Part shown: positions 47,188 through 58,800 of the stretch, one piece after another
Position numbering within the stretch: position 1 is the stretch's first letter
Layout: each line of letters starts with the position of its first letter
NCBI GenBank assembly: GCA_045159875.1
Contig: CP067995.1
Coordinates: 1,216,001-1,280,000 of the forward strand
Source of the DNA: a cyanobacterium endosymbiont of Rhopalodia gibba
Lineage (GTDB): Bacteria; Cyanobacteriota; Cyanobacteriia; Cyanobacteriales; Microcystaceae
Direction of reading: 5' to 3'
Length of the DNA stretch: 64,000 nucleotides
The notes under the pieces: generated by a model
Database searches by the model: none
What the model was told of the DNA's origin: nothing
The model's input: the letters and a program-made list of their open reading frames with translations, nothing else
Position numbers and translations under genes: made by a program

Positions 47188-47930
47188 TTAAGCAAAAGAA
47201 TCTACTAGTCAAAATAGACTATCCACTAAAATTGGACCCAATATTACACCGGCTAAAATTAACTAATGATAATAGAGTTGTTGTATTGCCCATAAGCCAA
47301 TCCTTAAGAGAATTTCAACAAAAACTCCTGCCCGACTCATTCCCCAAAAGGTTTGGACTTGAGCTAATGCTTTTTGAAAAATTGGTGTACCTACTAAAAT
47401 AGGTTCGATCTGCGTCAATTGTTGCTAATTAGAAATTAATCCTGTCAGATAAAAATAAAAATCCGTAATTCTCGTCCCCAACAACGACCTCAGATAGAAA
47501 ACCTTTTCTATCGTACCCCAACCAGGCTAAAGTCCCAAAATTGCTACCGGAGCTCCGATTGACTCAATAGGAAGAGCAATTAAGAGTTCCTAGCTCAACC
47601 AACCTCAATAAATAGAGCCTACCAGCTAGCCAACTCCAGGTAAGCCCCACACTAAATTTCCCTAATTATAGGTGCATTAGTGTTTCATTCGATAATTCCT
47701 AACTAAGGCTATCCCCCGTCATTAATAAACTAAATTGGGGATATAAACGAATCAAGGGAGCTTGAATAAAAACTGGAAAAGACACTAAAAATCCAGCAGT
47801 CCAAAACATTGGTTATCCTAAGAATACTTGTGAATATCTGGAAATTAGGCTTAGGAACTGTTACGGTAAATCACCAAGACAGTCAGAGAACAGATCGGAA
47901 GGCGATGGAATTTATGTTCTGTTAACTTAA
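47188..47930 (-). pseudogene. DUF3120 membrane protein pseudogene
   Basis: AGFLVSFPVFIQAPLIR, TWSWLAG, LPIESIG, SLLGTRITDFYFYLTGLI, PIFQKALAQVQT, ILVDSLF*; several stops and frameshifts. Confidence 0.75.
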
Positions 47931-49124
47931 TACAACTATCAATTATGAGAATTCTTTTTACTTAACTTACCGTAAAGTTTTTTTTATATATATTCCTCCA
48001 GGGGGGATACAATTCGTTGTAACAAATATCCTGGGGAAAATCAATTCACCCAGTGGTTAAATTCTTTTTCAAAGATTTAAGAGATTTTTAGAAGCCATGC
48101 ACAAAGAACTCCGCACCATGATTTATGAAATATTTAATAAGCTTTTGCTTTAAGCACAGCACTGTAGCTACGGCACAGTCCAGTCTTCCTAATCTGCTTC
48201 CTAGTCCGCAAACTAGGGACATCTCACCCATAAGGATGCACAGTATTTACTACAAATGTAGTAAATACGTCCATAATAAGTGGTTGGAGATACACTAGAC
48301 AACACTATGTTAAGAACTATTAAAAACATAGGTAAACTGTCAACTCATAATGGAGAAATTGGAAATTTCTTATCTTAAAAAGCTCAAACAAAGCTTGCAA
48401 TCAATAGAGATATTAGCTAAATTAAACGACTATTTTAAACCTATTTAAATAATATTTAAAGTTTTTTATTTAGGTTTTAGTTAGTCAACTTCCTTCCTTT
48501 TCTGATTGTTAACAAGAAATATCTTTACTTTTAAACCGTTTCTTCTTGAGCCTAAGCTGATAACTAGTTTCTGTCATTGCTATCGCTAATTCATATTTGA
48601 GCTCCAAGATACTATCAATTAATTTATCTTTTTTTATTTTTTTAAATTCGTTCTCAACTCTGAGAAATAAGAATATCACTATCATCAAATTATCTAAAAC
48701 TAGTCCATCTATAACGATTTTTCTCGACGGGTAATTTTCTTCACTTTCAATCCCATTGCTAAAACTTAAATTGCACTAGCTCTATATTTTTTTATTCGAT
48801 AAATCATTTTAACTTGACTTTACTCGAGTAAAGTATTTTCCTCCTTTAACTTAATTTTTTTAAAAAAACAAGGAGATGACATTAGTTGATTAAAGTTCTT
48901 ATGAAGACCTATATTAAAAAAATTAAGTGTCTGGTTATAATAATTATTTTTTAATGTAAAACAAATACTAATATAGTGCTGATTAAACAATCAGCTGTTA
49001 ATTAATAACAGCTGATTAATTTTTCTACCTGATAGATAATTTTTAACAAATAGCTATTTTTATTTTGATAATATAAATATTAATGACATTTATTTATATT
49101 GTCAAAAATATTTGAGGTAAAAAA

Positions 49125-50123
49125 ATGAAATTTAACCAATCTATCAACGATATTGGTGAACAAGGGTTATTAAAAAAACTTCAGCTCTTTTGTCCTGGAA
49201 ATATTATCGGGGATGATGGAGCGGTTTTATCAGTCAACTCTCAAGAGCAATTAGTAATAACTACTGACGTTTTGGTAGATGGGGTTCATTTTAGTGATCA
49301 GACTACTCCTCCTGAAACCGTAGGATGGCGTGCTGCTGCGGCTAATTTATCTGATTTGGCCGCAATGGGAGCCACTCCCATTGGCATTACGGTAGGATTA
49401 TCTTTACCAGGGGAGTTGATGGTAACTTGGGTAGAAAAGCTTTATCAAGGATTAACCGATTGCTTGCAACAGTATCAAACCCCCATTGTTGGTGGCGATA
49501 TCTGTCGTTCCCCGGTTGCTACCATAAATATCACCGCTTTTGGAACTGTAGTGCCTCACCGTGTTATTCGTCGTTCCTCAGCTCAACCTGGAGACGCTAT
49601 CCTAATGACAGGAACTCATGGGAAATCTTATAAAGGATTACAATTATTACTCAATCCCAAGTTAGGCAAAAATCTCTCCCAATCTGAACGAAACGCCTTA
49701 ATCGAAGCCCACCAACGCCCCAAACCTCGCTTAGATGTCCTTCCACTACTTTGGGAAATGATGGAAACAACATCAGTGGCCGGAATAGACAGTAGTGATG
49801 GGTTAGCTGATGGAGTTCTGCAAATCTGTCATATGAGTGGAGTGGGAGCAAGACTAGAACGCTCGCAAGTTGAATCTCCTCCAAGTTCATTGGAATGGAT
49901 GTCACCAGAAGAAGCTTTATATTGGACTTTGTATGGAGGAGAAGATTTCGAATTAATTCTCTGTTTACCCTTAGAATTGGCCGAGAAATTAGTAAAACAG
50001 TTAGGAAATGGAGCTGCTATTATTGGAACAGTTACAGAAGAAATAAACGTTATTTTAGTTGATAGTCAAGAACGACATCCCTCTCAAAAATTAACTCTAA
50101 CTAAAGGGTTTCAGCACTTTTAA
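49125..50123 (+). CDS. thiL: Thiamine-monophosphate kinase
   Basis: IGDDGAV, TTDVLVDGVHFS, ANLSDLAAMGA, DSSDGLA, YGGEDFEL. Confidence 0.96.
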   Translation: MKFNQSINDIGEQGLLKKLQLFCPGNIIGDDGAVLSVNSQEQLVITTDVLVDGVHFSDQTTPPETVGWRAAAANLSDLAAMGATPIGITVGLSLPGELMVTWVEKLYQGLTDCLQQYQTPIVGGDICRSPVATINITAFGTVVPHRVIRRSSAQPGDAILMTGTHGKSYKGLQLLLNPKLGKNLSQSERNALIEAHQRPKPRLDVLPLLWEMMETTSVAGIDSSDGLADGVLQICHMSGVGARLERSQVESPPSSLEWMSPEEALYWTLYGGEDFELILCLPLELAEKLVKQLGNGAAIIGTVTEEINVILVDSQERHPSQKLTLTKGFQHF

Positions 50124-50269
50124 TTGTTGCCAATTATCTAGTTTAAGTTGAGAGACTAATAGTGATATCCTTCAGCAGTACAAAAAAAATTAAGAAGAAA
50201 TATAAAAAAAATAAATTAGTGATGAATAAATGAGCAATTTTTCTTGAAGTTATCTATCGCATATTTTCT

Positions 50270-50785
50270 ATAGAGACTAAAACAAATCCATTGTTGAACG
50301 CTGAAGAGGTTCGTTACAAAGTTACTAAATAGTGAACGACATCATTTCCCACATCCATCACTAAACACTAGTTCCACGATGGTTATATAGGGATAAGTAT
50401 ATCCTCCATCGCGTACTACATAAAAAACCCTTTTTCGACCAATAGCTCTCCCAACATCAAGTTTACCGATAATATTGGGGGCAATTCCGTATGGGGACAA
50501 TTTGACTGTTTACATGACTTCGTACGGTTCTATATAACTACGAACCTGCTAAAAAACCTTGGTCCATCGCCTTTAATGCAAAAATTAACACGAGAACCTT
50601 TTCATTTAATACTTGAGACAAGTAATAACCCTGATGTCATTTCCGGTCCTAAAACTACTTTAGCGATCTATAGAAAGGGATTGTATCGTACTCTTGCTTT
50701 TCCGGTTAATAGAGTCGAGATTACGCCAACAGCTCTAATTTTATCTTTTACTGTAGGGTAACCTTAATTCGTAATATGTGCTACG
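50270..50785 (-). pseudogene. hslO: Hsp33 redox-regulated chaperone pseudogene, 3' part lost
   Basis: KIRAVGVIST, SGLLLVSSIK*KGSRVN..KGDGP, ELPPNIIGKLDVGRAIG, YVVRDGGYTYPY..VEL, GNDVVHYLVT; no C-terminal Zn/Cys domain found before thiL. Confidence 0.85.
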
Positions 50786-51008
50786 AATATCCTTACATTT
50801 CTTAATGTCTGTTTTCTTATTCTAATCTGGGGGTCTATATTCGTAAGAGAAGAAACAATAGTTCTGGAGAGGGAATTTCTTCCTCCGAAAATATTACCTA
50901 TGAGTAATTTGTCAGAAAGCGGATAACGTCTTGAATGAACATTCCATTCCACTTACCGATGTCAGAACTGGTATCAAAATTACTAAAAATCAATACTTTG
51001 GAGTTATT

Positions 51009-51338
51009 ATGATTCAAATTACACCAGCTGCAGTTAAAGAAGTCCAACGAATGCAGAGCAGCCGTCAAAAAGTAGACAATTACTTTCGACTAAGGGTGAA
51101 CAAGGGAGGATGTTCCGGACTATACTATATTTGTGAATTGTCTGAAACCCGACAAGAAAGCGATTGTCTATACCAAATAGAAGGAATTTCAATGCTGATT
51201 GATCAGTCCAGTATTCCCTATCTTGAAGGGTTACGTTTGGACTATGCTGAAGACTTGATGGGTGGGTGGTTCCGCTTCTCTAACCCCCAGGTTGCGGCGA
51301 CCTGTAGTTGTGGTTTATCCTTTACTATCAACCATTAA
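51009..51338 (+). CDS. iscA: HesB/IscA Fe-S cluster assembly accessory protein
   Basis: MIQITPAA, GGCSGLYY, LDYAEDLMGG, TCSCGLSF; usual position before rpsL. Confidence 0.85.
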   Translation: MIQITPAAVKEVQRMQSSRQKVDNYFRLRVNKGGCSGLYYICELSETRQESDCLYQIEGISMLIDQSSIPYLEGLRLDYAEDLMGGWFRFSNPQVAATCSCGLSFTINH

Positions 51339-51456
51339 CAAAAAAAAACACACCTTTAGGAGTTGACAGACTATCTCCAATATAGGTATCATGGTAATTT
51401 GTCAACGGCTATATTAATGATTAAGGGTTGGTTGTAACCCTGATTTGAGTTTACCC

Positions 51457-51831
51457 ATGCCCACTATTCAACAACTTATTCGCAGCGAACGCTCAAAACT
51501 GAAAAAGAAGACGAAATCGCCAGCACTCAAGCAGTGTCCCCAACGTCGGGGGGTGTGTACCAGGGTTTACACAACTACCCCAAAAAAGCCTAACTCAGCC
51601 TTGAGAAAAGTAGCACGGGTTCGTCTTACTTCCGGCTTTGAAGTCACCGCTTATATCCCTGGGATTGGTCATAATTTACAAGAGCACTCCGTTGTCCTTA
51701 TTCGTGGAGGTAGGGTCAAAGACCTGCCTGGAGTACGCTATCATATCATTCGCGGAACATTAGATGCGCAAGGGGTCAAAGATCGCAAACAAGGGCGTTC
51801 TAAATATGGAACCAAACGACCCAAAGGATAG
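51457..51831 (+). CDS. rpsL: 30S ribosomal protein S12
   Basis: [30 protein letters not shown]. Confidence 0.99.
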   Translation: MPTIQQLIRSERSKLKKKTKSPALKQCPQRRGVCTRVYTTTPKKPNSALRKVARVRLTSGFEVTAYIPGIGHNLQEHSVVLIRGGRVKDLPGVRYHIIRGTLDAQGVKDRKQGRSKYGTKRPKG

Positions 51832-52119
51832 GATTCCCAAAGGATAAGATTATAGATAGGGTGTATCTAATTATTAATTATCACTAAGTCTAAAAGTATA
51901 ATTGTTTCTAGTTAGGCGATCATCATATACCTTAGTTCCACCTAGTCTTGCCTTGAACGATGAACGATTGTAGTTTTCTTAGAGAGAAATCGGATTCAAA
52001 GGCAATGCTAAAGAATGTAAGGCCATAAACGACGAATATCTCCCAAGTATACTATCCTCTTCATGGGAAGAAGGGGAAACCATAATCACTATCTTATAAT
52101 TTAAGAGGAAAACCCAACT

Positions 52120-52590
52120 ATGTCTCGTAGAGGAAACATAAAAAGACGACCGGTTCCCCCCGATCCTGTTTATAACAGCCGTTTACTCAGTATGACAATC
52201 CGTCGAGTAATGAAAAGCGGCAAAAAGTCCGTAGCGGCTGGCATTATCTATAATGCGATGACGTCCATCAGTGAAAAGACGGGAACTGATTCTTTAGAAG
52301 TTTTTGAAAAAGCTATTAAAAATCTGACCCCCTTAGTAGAGGTTAAGGCGCGTCGGGTTGGAGGTGCTACCTATCAAGTTCCCATGGAAGTTCGTTCTTC
52401 ACGGGGAACAACCCTAGCGTTACGTTGGTTAGTCCACTATGCTCGTATTAGAGGAGGTCGCACCATGGCAAGCAAATTAGCCAGTGAAATTATGGACGCA
52501 GCTAACGAAACCGGGGGAGCAATGAAGAAACGGGATGAAACCCACCGTATGGCTGAAGCAAACAAAGCCTTTGCTCACTATCGCTATTAA
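52120..52590 (+). CDS. rpsG: 30S ribosomal protein S7
   Basis: [26 protein letters not shown]. Confidence 0.99.
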   Translation: MSRRGNIKRRPVPPDPVYNSRLLSMTIRRVMKSGKKSVAAGIIYNAMTSISEKTGTDSLEVFEKAIKNLTPLVEVKARRVGGATYQVPMEVRSSRGTTLALRWLVHYARIRGGRTMASKLASEIMDAANETGGAMKKRDETHRMAEANKAFAHYRY

Positions 52591-52700
52591 GGGCTATTTT
52601 TGCAAGGGAGCAGTGGCTAAAGCCCGATAAAACGCCCATTCTCCTATAGTGTGAACAGATAACCCATGAAACTAGTTTAGACAAAACCAAGGAGGTAGCT

Positions 52701-54788
52701 GTGGCACGTACTATTCCACTGGAGAGGGTGCGAAATATAGGCATCGCAGCCCATATAGATGCAGGCAAAACCACCACGACCGAGCGAATTCTATTTTATA
52801 CAGGAGTCGCCCACAAACTTGGCGAAGTCCATGAAGGGACTGCCACCATGGACTGGATGGCACAAGAACAGGAACGAGGCATCACCATCACTGCTGCTGC
52901 CATTAGTACAAGTTGGCTTGACCACCGGATTAATATCATCGATACTCCAGGTCATGTGGATTTTACCATTGAAGTAGAACGCTCTATGCGGGTATTAGAT
53001 GGTGTAATAGCTGTATTTTGTTCCGTGGGAGGTGTCCAGCCTCAATCAGAGACAGTATGGCGACAAGCGGAACGCTACCAAGTCCCTCGCCTTGCCTTTG
53101 TGAACAAGATGGATCGCACCGGAGCTGACTTCTTCAGGGTTTGCGAACAAATTAAAAATCGCCTCAGAGCTAATTCAGTGCCGATTCAAATTCCCATTGG
53201 GAGTGAAAACGATTTCCGTGGCATTGTAGACTTGGTTCGGATGCGGGCTAAAATATATCAAGATGACTTAGGTAGAAATATCGAAGATACGGATGTCCCT
53301 GAGGAATTTTTAGAGCAAGCCCTTGAATATCGAAGTAAACTCATTGAGGCGGTAGCTGAAAATAATGAAGATCTTTTAGAAAGATATCTCGAAGGAGAAC
53401 AACTAACTGAAGCTGAGCTCAAACAGGGACTACGCTTAGGAATTCTTAAGCGTTCTATTATCCCTCTCCTTTGTGGTTCTGCTTTCAAAAATAAAGGGGT
53501 GCAACTGCTTCTCGATGCTGTAGTCGACTATTTACCCTCTCCCCTGGAAGTGCCAGCAATTAAAGGACTATTGCCTGATGGAACTGAAGAAGAGAGAAAA
53601 GCTTTAGACGATGAACCGTTCTCCGCATTAGCTTTTAAAATTGCTGCTGATCCCTATGGACGCCTGACCTTTATGCGGGTTTATTCAGGGGTTTTGGCTA
53701 AAGGGACTTATATATATAACTCAACAAAAAATAGCAAAGAACGACTTTCACGCTTAATAGTCCTAAAATCTAATGATCGCATTGAAGTTGATGAATTAAG
53801 AGCCGGAGACTTGGGAGCTGCCATTGGCTTAAAAAATACTACCACGGGGGATACCCTATGTGATGAGAATAAGCCCATAATCCTTGAATCTTTATTCATC
53901 CCAGAACCGGTTATTTCAGTTGCTGTCGAACCCAAAACTAAACAGGATATGGAAAAGCTTTCCAAAGCCCTTGAAGCTCTCTCTGATGAAGATCCCACCT
54001 TCCGAGTGAGTATCAATCCTGAAACCAATCAAACAGTTATTGCTGGGATGGGGGAATTACACTTAGAGATCCTTGTTGATCGAATGCTGCGAGAATATAA
54101 GGTAGAGGCAACAGTGGGTAAACCCCAAGTAGCCTATCGTGAAACCATCCGTAAACCCTGTGACGCGGAAGGTAAGTATATTCGCCAGAGTGGGGGAAAA
54201 GGCCAATATGGGCATGTCATCATTCACCTTGAACCAGGAGAATCAGGGAGCGGTTTTGAATTTATTTCCAAAATTGTCGGGGGAATCATACCTAAAGAGT
54301 ATATCGCCCCTGTGGAACAGGGGATAAAAGAAGCTTGTGGATCAGGTATTATTGCAGGGTATCCCGTCATCGACCTTAAGGTAACGCTGGTTGATGGTTC
54401 CTACCATGATGTTGATTCTTCAGAAATGGCCTTCAAAATTGCCGGTTCAATGGCCATTCGCAATGCGGTCACTAAAGCCTCCCCCGTTGTGCTAGAACCA
54501 ATGATGAAAGTTGAGGTAGAAGTCCCTGAAGATTTTCTAGGAGAGGTCATGGGAGATCTAAACTCTCGTCGTGGCAGCATCGAAGGGATGGAATCTGAAG
54601 ACGGCCTTGCTAAAGTTTCTGCTCATGTTCCTCTGGCAGAAATGTTTGGTTACGCGACCGATATCCGGTCAAAAACCCAAGGTAGGGGAATCTTCTCGAT
54701 GGAATTTAGCCATTATGCCGAAGTCCCGTCCAGTGTCGCCGGAGCGATCATAGCAAAAAACACAGGGAACGCCTACTACAGTGAATAG
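52701..54788 (+). CDS. fusA: Elongation factor G
   Basis: [42 protein letters not shown]. Confidence 0.99.
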   Translation: MARTIPLERVRNIGIAAHIDAGKTTTTERILFYTGVAHKLGEVHEGTATMDWMAQEQERGITITAAAISTSWLDHRINIIDTPGHVDFTIEVERSMRVLDGVIAVFCSVGGVQPQSETVWRQAERYQVPRLAFVNKMDRTGADFFRVCEQIKNRLRANSVPIQIPIGSENDFRGIVDLVRMRAKIYQDDLGRNIEDTDVPEEFLEQALEYRSKLIEAVAENNEDLLERYLEGEQLTEAELKQGLRLGILKRSIIPLLCGSAFKNKGVQLLLDAVVDYLPSPLEVPAIKGLLPDGTEEERKALDDEPFSALAFKIAADPYGRLTFMRVYSGVLAKGTYIYNSTKNSKERLSRLIVLKSNDRIEVDELRAGDLGAAIGLKNTTTGDTLCDENKPIILESLFIPEPVISVAVEPKTKQDMEKLSKALEALSDEDPTFRVSINPETNQTVIAGMGELHLEILVDRMLREYKVEATVGKPQVAYRETIRKPCDAEGKYIRQSGGKGQYGHVIIHLEPGESGSGFEFISKIVGGIIPKEYIAPVEQGIKEACGSGIIAGYPVIDLKVTLVDGSYHDVDSSEMAFKIAGSMAIRNAVTKASPVVLEPMMKVEVEVPEDFLGEVMGDLNSRRGSIEGMESEDGLAKVSAHVPLAEMFGYATDIRSKTQGRGIFSMEFSHYAEVPSSVAGAIIAKNTGNAYYSE

Positions 54789-54912
54789 CAAACGGTGAAA
54801 AGTGGATAGTAAACCCTTAATAGTTAATAATGGACTACGGGTAACTGATTACTAATCACTGAAATTTATCACTGTGATTTAAACAGAAGACAAAAAAAGG
54901 AACAATTGACTC

Positions 54913-56142
54913 ATGGCACGCGCAAAATTTGAACGGACAAAACCCCACGTTAACATCGGCACCGTCGGTCACGTTGATCATGGAAAAACCACCCTCACAG
55001 CAGCTATTACCATGACTTTGGCTGCTGCAGGTAGTGCTAAAGCTCGTAGCTACGAGGAGATTGATGCAGCCCCTGAAGAAAAAGCGCGGGGTATCACCAT
55101 CAATACTGCCCACGTTGAATATGAAACCCCAAAACGCCACTACGCTCACGTAGACTGCCCAGGACACGCTGACTACGTTAAGAACATGATTACCGGAGCC
55201 GCTCAAATGGACGGAGGCATCTTGGTAGTATCGGCAGCTGACGGACCTATGCCCCAAACTCGTGAACATATTCTGTTAGCAAAACAGGTTGGGGTTCCTA
55301 GCCTAGTGGTCTTTTTAAACAAAGAAGACCAAGTTGATGACGAAGAACTTCTCGAACTGGTAGAACTTGAAGTCCGTGAACTCCTTAGTGAGTATGATTT
55401 TCCTGGAGATGACATTCCCATCGTCACTGGGTCTGCTTTGATGGCCGTAGAAGCTCTAAAAGAAAATCCTAAGCTTGCTGCCGGGGATAATGAATGGACA
55501 GATAAAATCCTGAAGTTGATGGGAGAAGTGGATGCCTATATACCCGAACCCGAGCGAGAAATCGATAAACCCTTCTTGATGGCAGTTGAAGATGTCTTCT
55601 CTATCACTGGTCGGGGAACCGTTGCCACCGGACGGATTGAACGAGGCAAGGTTAAAGTGGGTGAAACCGTTGAGATTGTTGGCATTCGAGAGACCCGTAA
55701 CACCACTGTTACTGGGGTAGAAATGTTTCAGAAAACTCTTGATGAAGGAATAGCAGGAGATAACGTTGGTCTGCTTCTGCGGGGTATTCAAAAAGAAGAC
55801 ATTGAACGGGGAATGGTTCTGGCTAAAGCTGGTTCGATTACTCCCCATACCCTATTTGAAGGTGAAGTTTATGTGTTAACAAAAGAAGAAGGGGGTCGTC
55901 ACACGCCTTTCTTTAAGAACTATCGTCCTCAGTTTTATGTCCGTACCACCGATGTAACTGGAACCATCCAAGACTACACTGCAGATGATGGCAGTGCAGT
56001 GGAAATGGTAATGCCTGGTGACCGGATTAGAATGACTGTGGAACTCATCAATGCTATTGCTATTGAGCAAGGAATGCGTTTTGCAATTCGCGAAGGTGGC
56101 CGTACTATTGGTGCGGGTGTTGTTTCGAAAATTCTTAAGTAG
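54913..56142 (+). CDS. tuf: Elongation factor Tu
   Basis: [40 protein letters not shown]. Confidence 0.99.
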   Translation: MARAKFERTKPHVNIGTVGHVDHGKTTLTAAITMTLAAAGSAKARSYEEIDAAPEEKARGITINTAHVEYETPKRHYAHVDCPGHADYVKNMITGAAQMDGGILVVSAADGPMPQTREHILLAKQVGVPSLVVFLNKEDQVDDEELLELVELEVRELLSEYDFPGDDIPIVTGSALMAVEALKENPKLAAGDNEWTDKILKLMGEVDAYIPEPEREIDKPFLMAVEDVFSITGRGTVATGRIERGKVKVGETVEIVGIRETRNTTVTGVEMFQKTLDEGIAGDNVGLLLRGIQKEDIERGMVLAKAGSITPHTLFEGEVYVLTKEEGGRHTPFFKNYRPQFYVRTTDVTGTIQDYTADDGSAVEMVMPGDRIRMTVELINAIAIEQGMRFAIREGGRTIGAGVVSKILK

Positions 56143-56160
56143 GACAACTTAACCTTGATT

Positions 56161-56192
56161 AGCGGCCAGTTATCAATCCTTGACTGGTCGCT
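56161..56192 (+). terminator. Stem-loop between tuf and rpsJ (stabilising or terminator-like)
   Basis: agcggccagtta tcaatcct tgactggtcgct pairs with G-U wobbles; no strong U tract. Confidence 0.45.
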
Positions 56193-56247
56193 GACAGAAT
56201 GATGGCTTAATTTATTAATTCCAACTGAACCTTGACAACTAAACATT

Positions 56248-56562
56248 ATGGCTACACTGCAACAAAAAATTCGGATTCGCTTGAAAGCTTTTGATCGTCG
56301 CTTACTTGATACCTCCTGTGAGAAGATTGTTGATACAGCTAACCGAACAGATGCAACTGCAATAGGCCCCATTCCTTTACCCACTAAACGTCGGATTTAT
56401 TGTGTTTTGCGATCACCTCACGTAGACAAAGATTCTCGTGAACACTTTGAAACCAGAACTCACCGAAGAATTATTGATATTTATCAACCTTCTTCCAAAA
56501 CTATTGATGCTCTAATGAAATTAGATTTACCGGCAGGGGTTGAGATTGAAGTTAAACTGTAG
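56248..56562 (+). CDS. rpsJ: 30S ribosomal protein S10
   Basis: [31 protein letters not shown]. Confidence 0.99.
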   Translation: MATLQQKIRIRLKAFDRRLLDTSCEKIVDTANRTDATAIGPIPLPTKRRIYCVLRSPHVDKDSREHFETRTHRRIIDIYQPSSKTIDALMKLDLPAGVEIEVKL

Positions 56563-56934
56563 TATTAACGATTGAGCCTATCCTTTTGATAGAAAATAAA
56601 AAAAGTTGTACTTACAAAACTGATGAGGGTTAAGGCTATTGTATAGCTACTAATAATATTGATTAGAGTTTTAAGAGAGAGCACATAGGTATCTCTCTTT
56701 TTTTCTTTTGACAACAGTTCATTATTGATACTCTTGCGCAAAAAATGGTATTTGGCTATTTTTTGCATATTCAAAAGATTATTGTTATCTTTAAACGCAT
56801 TGTTCTTCTTAAGAAAAAAAAAGAAAAGTCAGTCATATATTGACCGCTAACTAAGAGGAGATAAAAACATACAAGATAGAACACTTGAGCAAGCTTATCA
56901 GGAACACCTGGTCAAAACAGGAGTATTCCGGTAA

Positions 56935-57292
56935 AACGCGGGTTAGACAGAGAGTTAAAGATAGGAAAAAGAAGCATTATTTATTGAGGTATGACGTTAT
57001 GGAGATCAAATTTTAGCTCGATCTTGTCCGAAACATTTTTTTTTCTAGATAACTTTTACCCAAAATTTGAACCGCATCAAAATACTACAGCCAATTATTG
57101 CCTTTTAAGTTAACTCCAGGGAATAAAGATGATCGTAAACTTGTTTTTGAGTTAAGTCCAGGTTTAATGGAAAAATTATTTGGAAATCCAAGATACATTG
57201 CTCAAGAACTCTTTGAAGACTCTATCAACGAAGATGAAGCAAAAGTTAGTGAAACTGAATTAATAGAATTGTACTTCGTAAGTGTTATTTGA
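56935..57292 (+). mobile_element. IS982-family transposase relic, internally deleted
   Basis: FKLTPGNKDDRKLVFEL..LMEKLFGNPRYIAQELFE resembles IS982 LTPGNVDDR..KLFGDRGYISQ.LF; preceded by an N-terminal-like fragment (LDNFYPKFE). Confidence 0.7.
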
Positions 57293-57444
57293 TCAAAACG
57301 GTTAAGGATTCAGAATAGTTAGTAAAATTTTGGCAGATTAGTGCAATGTTGTTTTTCTTAGACTTACCAACTCATTGCCAGTTAAATTTAGAGCATTACT
57401 AGTTAGAATTCAGAGAATTCTAACTAGTAATTTTTGCCTTATTT

Positions 57445-58011
57445 CTAAGATTCGTCTTTTCCAAAGATTGGGTGAGATAACTCAGTTTTTGATAATATTT
57501 GTGGTGACAAATAGCTAACTCCAGAAATTAATGTTAGAACGACAGCAACCCAAAATACAATCGAGCACAGAGTATTCCACTGAGGACTAAGAGGAGCAAT
57601 TAATATAGCAATGGCTATTATTTGGCTGACAGTCTTGAATTTACCCCACCAATTTGCCTCTTGAACTTTTCTATTTTGAATCAAACTTGGATTGACTCGC
57701 CAGCTAGTAATTGCCAATTCCCGGACCATAATCAAAAAAACTCCCCAAGAGGGAACCTTTTCTAATTCAATTAGACTTAATAACGGGGCGAGAACTAATA
57801 ATTTATCTACTAAGGGATCAAGAAACTTTCCTAATTCTGTAACTTGATTTAATCGCCTTGCTAAGTAGCCGTCTAACCAGTCTGTCCCTGCTGATCCTAA
57901 AAAAATTGCTACGCTAATCCAGCGATGAGATGGGGTAGGATCATGCAAGAAATAAAATATAAATGGCAATCCCAATAAACGCGATAACGTAACTAAGGTG
58001 GGGAGATTCAT
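57445..58011 (-). CDS. pgsA: CDP-diacylglycerol--glycerol-3-phosphate 3-phosphatidyltransferase
   Basis: MNLPTLVTLSR, TDWLDGYLARRLNQVTELGKFLDPLVDKLL, WGKFKTVSQ. Confidence 0.95.
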   Translation of the reverse strand: MNLPTLVTLSRLLGLPFIFYFLHDPTPSHRWISVAIFLGSAGTDWLDGYLARRLNQVTELGKFLDPLVDKLLVLAPLLSLIELEKVPSWGVFLIMVRELAITSWRVNPSLIQNRKVQEANWWGKFKTVSQIIAIAILIAPLSPQWNTLCSIVFWVAVVLTLISGVSYLSPQILSKTELSHPIFGKDES

Positions 58012-58078
58012 ATTTATTTGGCAAGCATTTTTAACTGAATTACGGAAACCTAACAAATAAATTATTAAAGTTATTCAC

Positions 58079-58672
58079 CTAACTTAGGCTACTTTGCTTT
58101 TCATTAGCGATTAACTTAGCAGCCAAGACTCCGCCGAGAAACCCAAATAGATGGCCTTCCCAAGAAATTCCAGGGTGAAAAGGTAACATTCCTAACACTA
58201 ACCCACCATAGAGAAAACTCACAATAACGGACAGAAAAATTGAGACGAAGTTCCGTTGAAAATATCCTCGTAATAGCAAAAATCCCAAATAACCAAAAAT
58301 AAGGATACTAGCCCCAATATGAACTGAACCAGGAACCCCAAATAACCAAACCCCAAAACCCCCTACTATCATCGTTAGTAAAGTAACAATCCAAAAATCA
58401 CTGATTTCTTGTAACATCACAAACCAGCTTAAAACGACAAAAGGAATGGTGTTGGCAACTAAATGACCTAATCCGCCATGCAGAAACGGAGCAAACAAAA
58501 TTCCTCTTAATCCAATTAATTTATGGGGAATAATGCCAAATTTATCTAAATCTCCCTTAAAAATTAACAGATCTAAAAGTTCTGAAACCCAAAAAACACT
58601 AATAAATCTTCCTAAGATACTAACACGGTTTTTTATTTTATAGGAGATACTATTATTTTTGCGGTAATTCAT
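58079..58672 (-). CDS. Rhomboid-family intramembrane serine protease
   Basis: APFLHGGLGHLVAN, HIGAS (catalytic Ser), ISWEGHLFG (catalytic His). Confidence 0.92.
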   Translation of the reverse strand: MNYRKNNSISYKIKNRVSILGRFISVFWVSELLDLLIFKGDLDKFGIIPHKLIGLRGILFAPFLHGGLGHLVANTIPFVVLSWFVMLQEISDFWIVTLLTMIVGGFGVWLFGVPGSVHIGASILIFGYLGFLLLRGYFQRNFVSIFLSVIVSFLYGGLVLGMLPFHPGISWEGHLFGFLGGVLAAKLIANEKQSSLS

Positions 58673-58800
58673 GGAGTTTATATTTGAGGAAGTTTTCGCT
58701 TTAAGTCAACTTTAATCTGACCACGCTAAGGTATATTAACGATCATATATTCTAAAATCAAAGTTTTAGTCTAAAACCATTGATTAAATTGCAAAAAACT

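Noticed and set aside
35834..47402. Short track ORFs 35834..36049, 36814..36996, 41641..41883 and 47178..47402
   Set aside because: Antisense or shifted frames of pseudogenes, or chance ORFs in AT-rich DNA.
48090..48310. Possible psaC or ferredoxin relic (scattered Cys, GAE)
   Set aside because: The CxxCxxCxxxCP spacing cannot be reconstructed in any frame.
52502..56384. Antisense and alternate-frame ORFs over rpsG, fusA, tuf and rpsJ (similar ones occur over glyA, fabI, thiL and DUF3318)
   Set aside because: Shadow ORFs of well-supported genes with no independent evidence.
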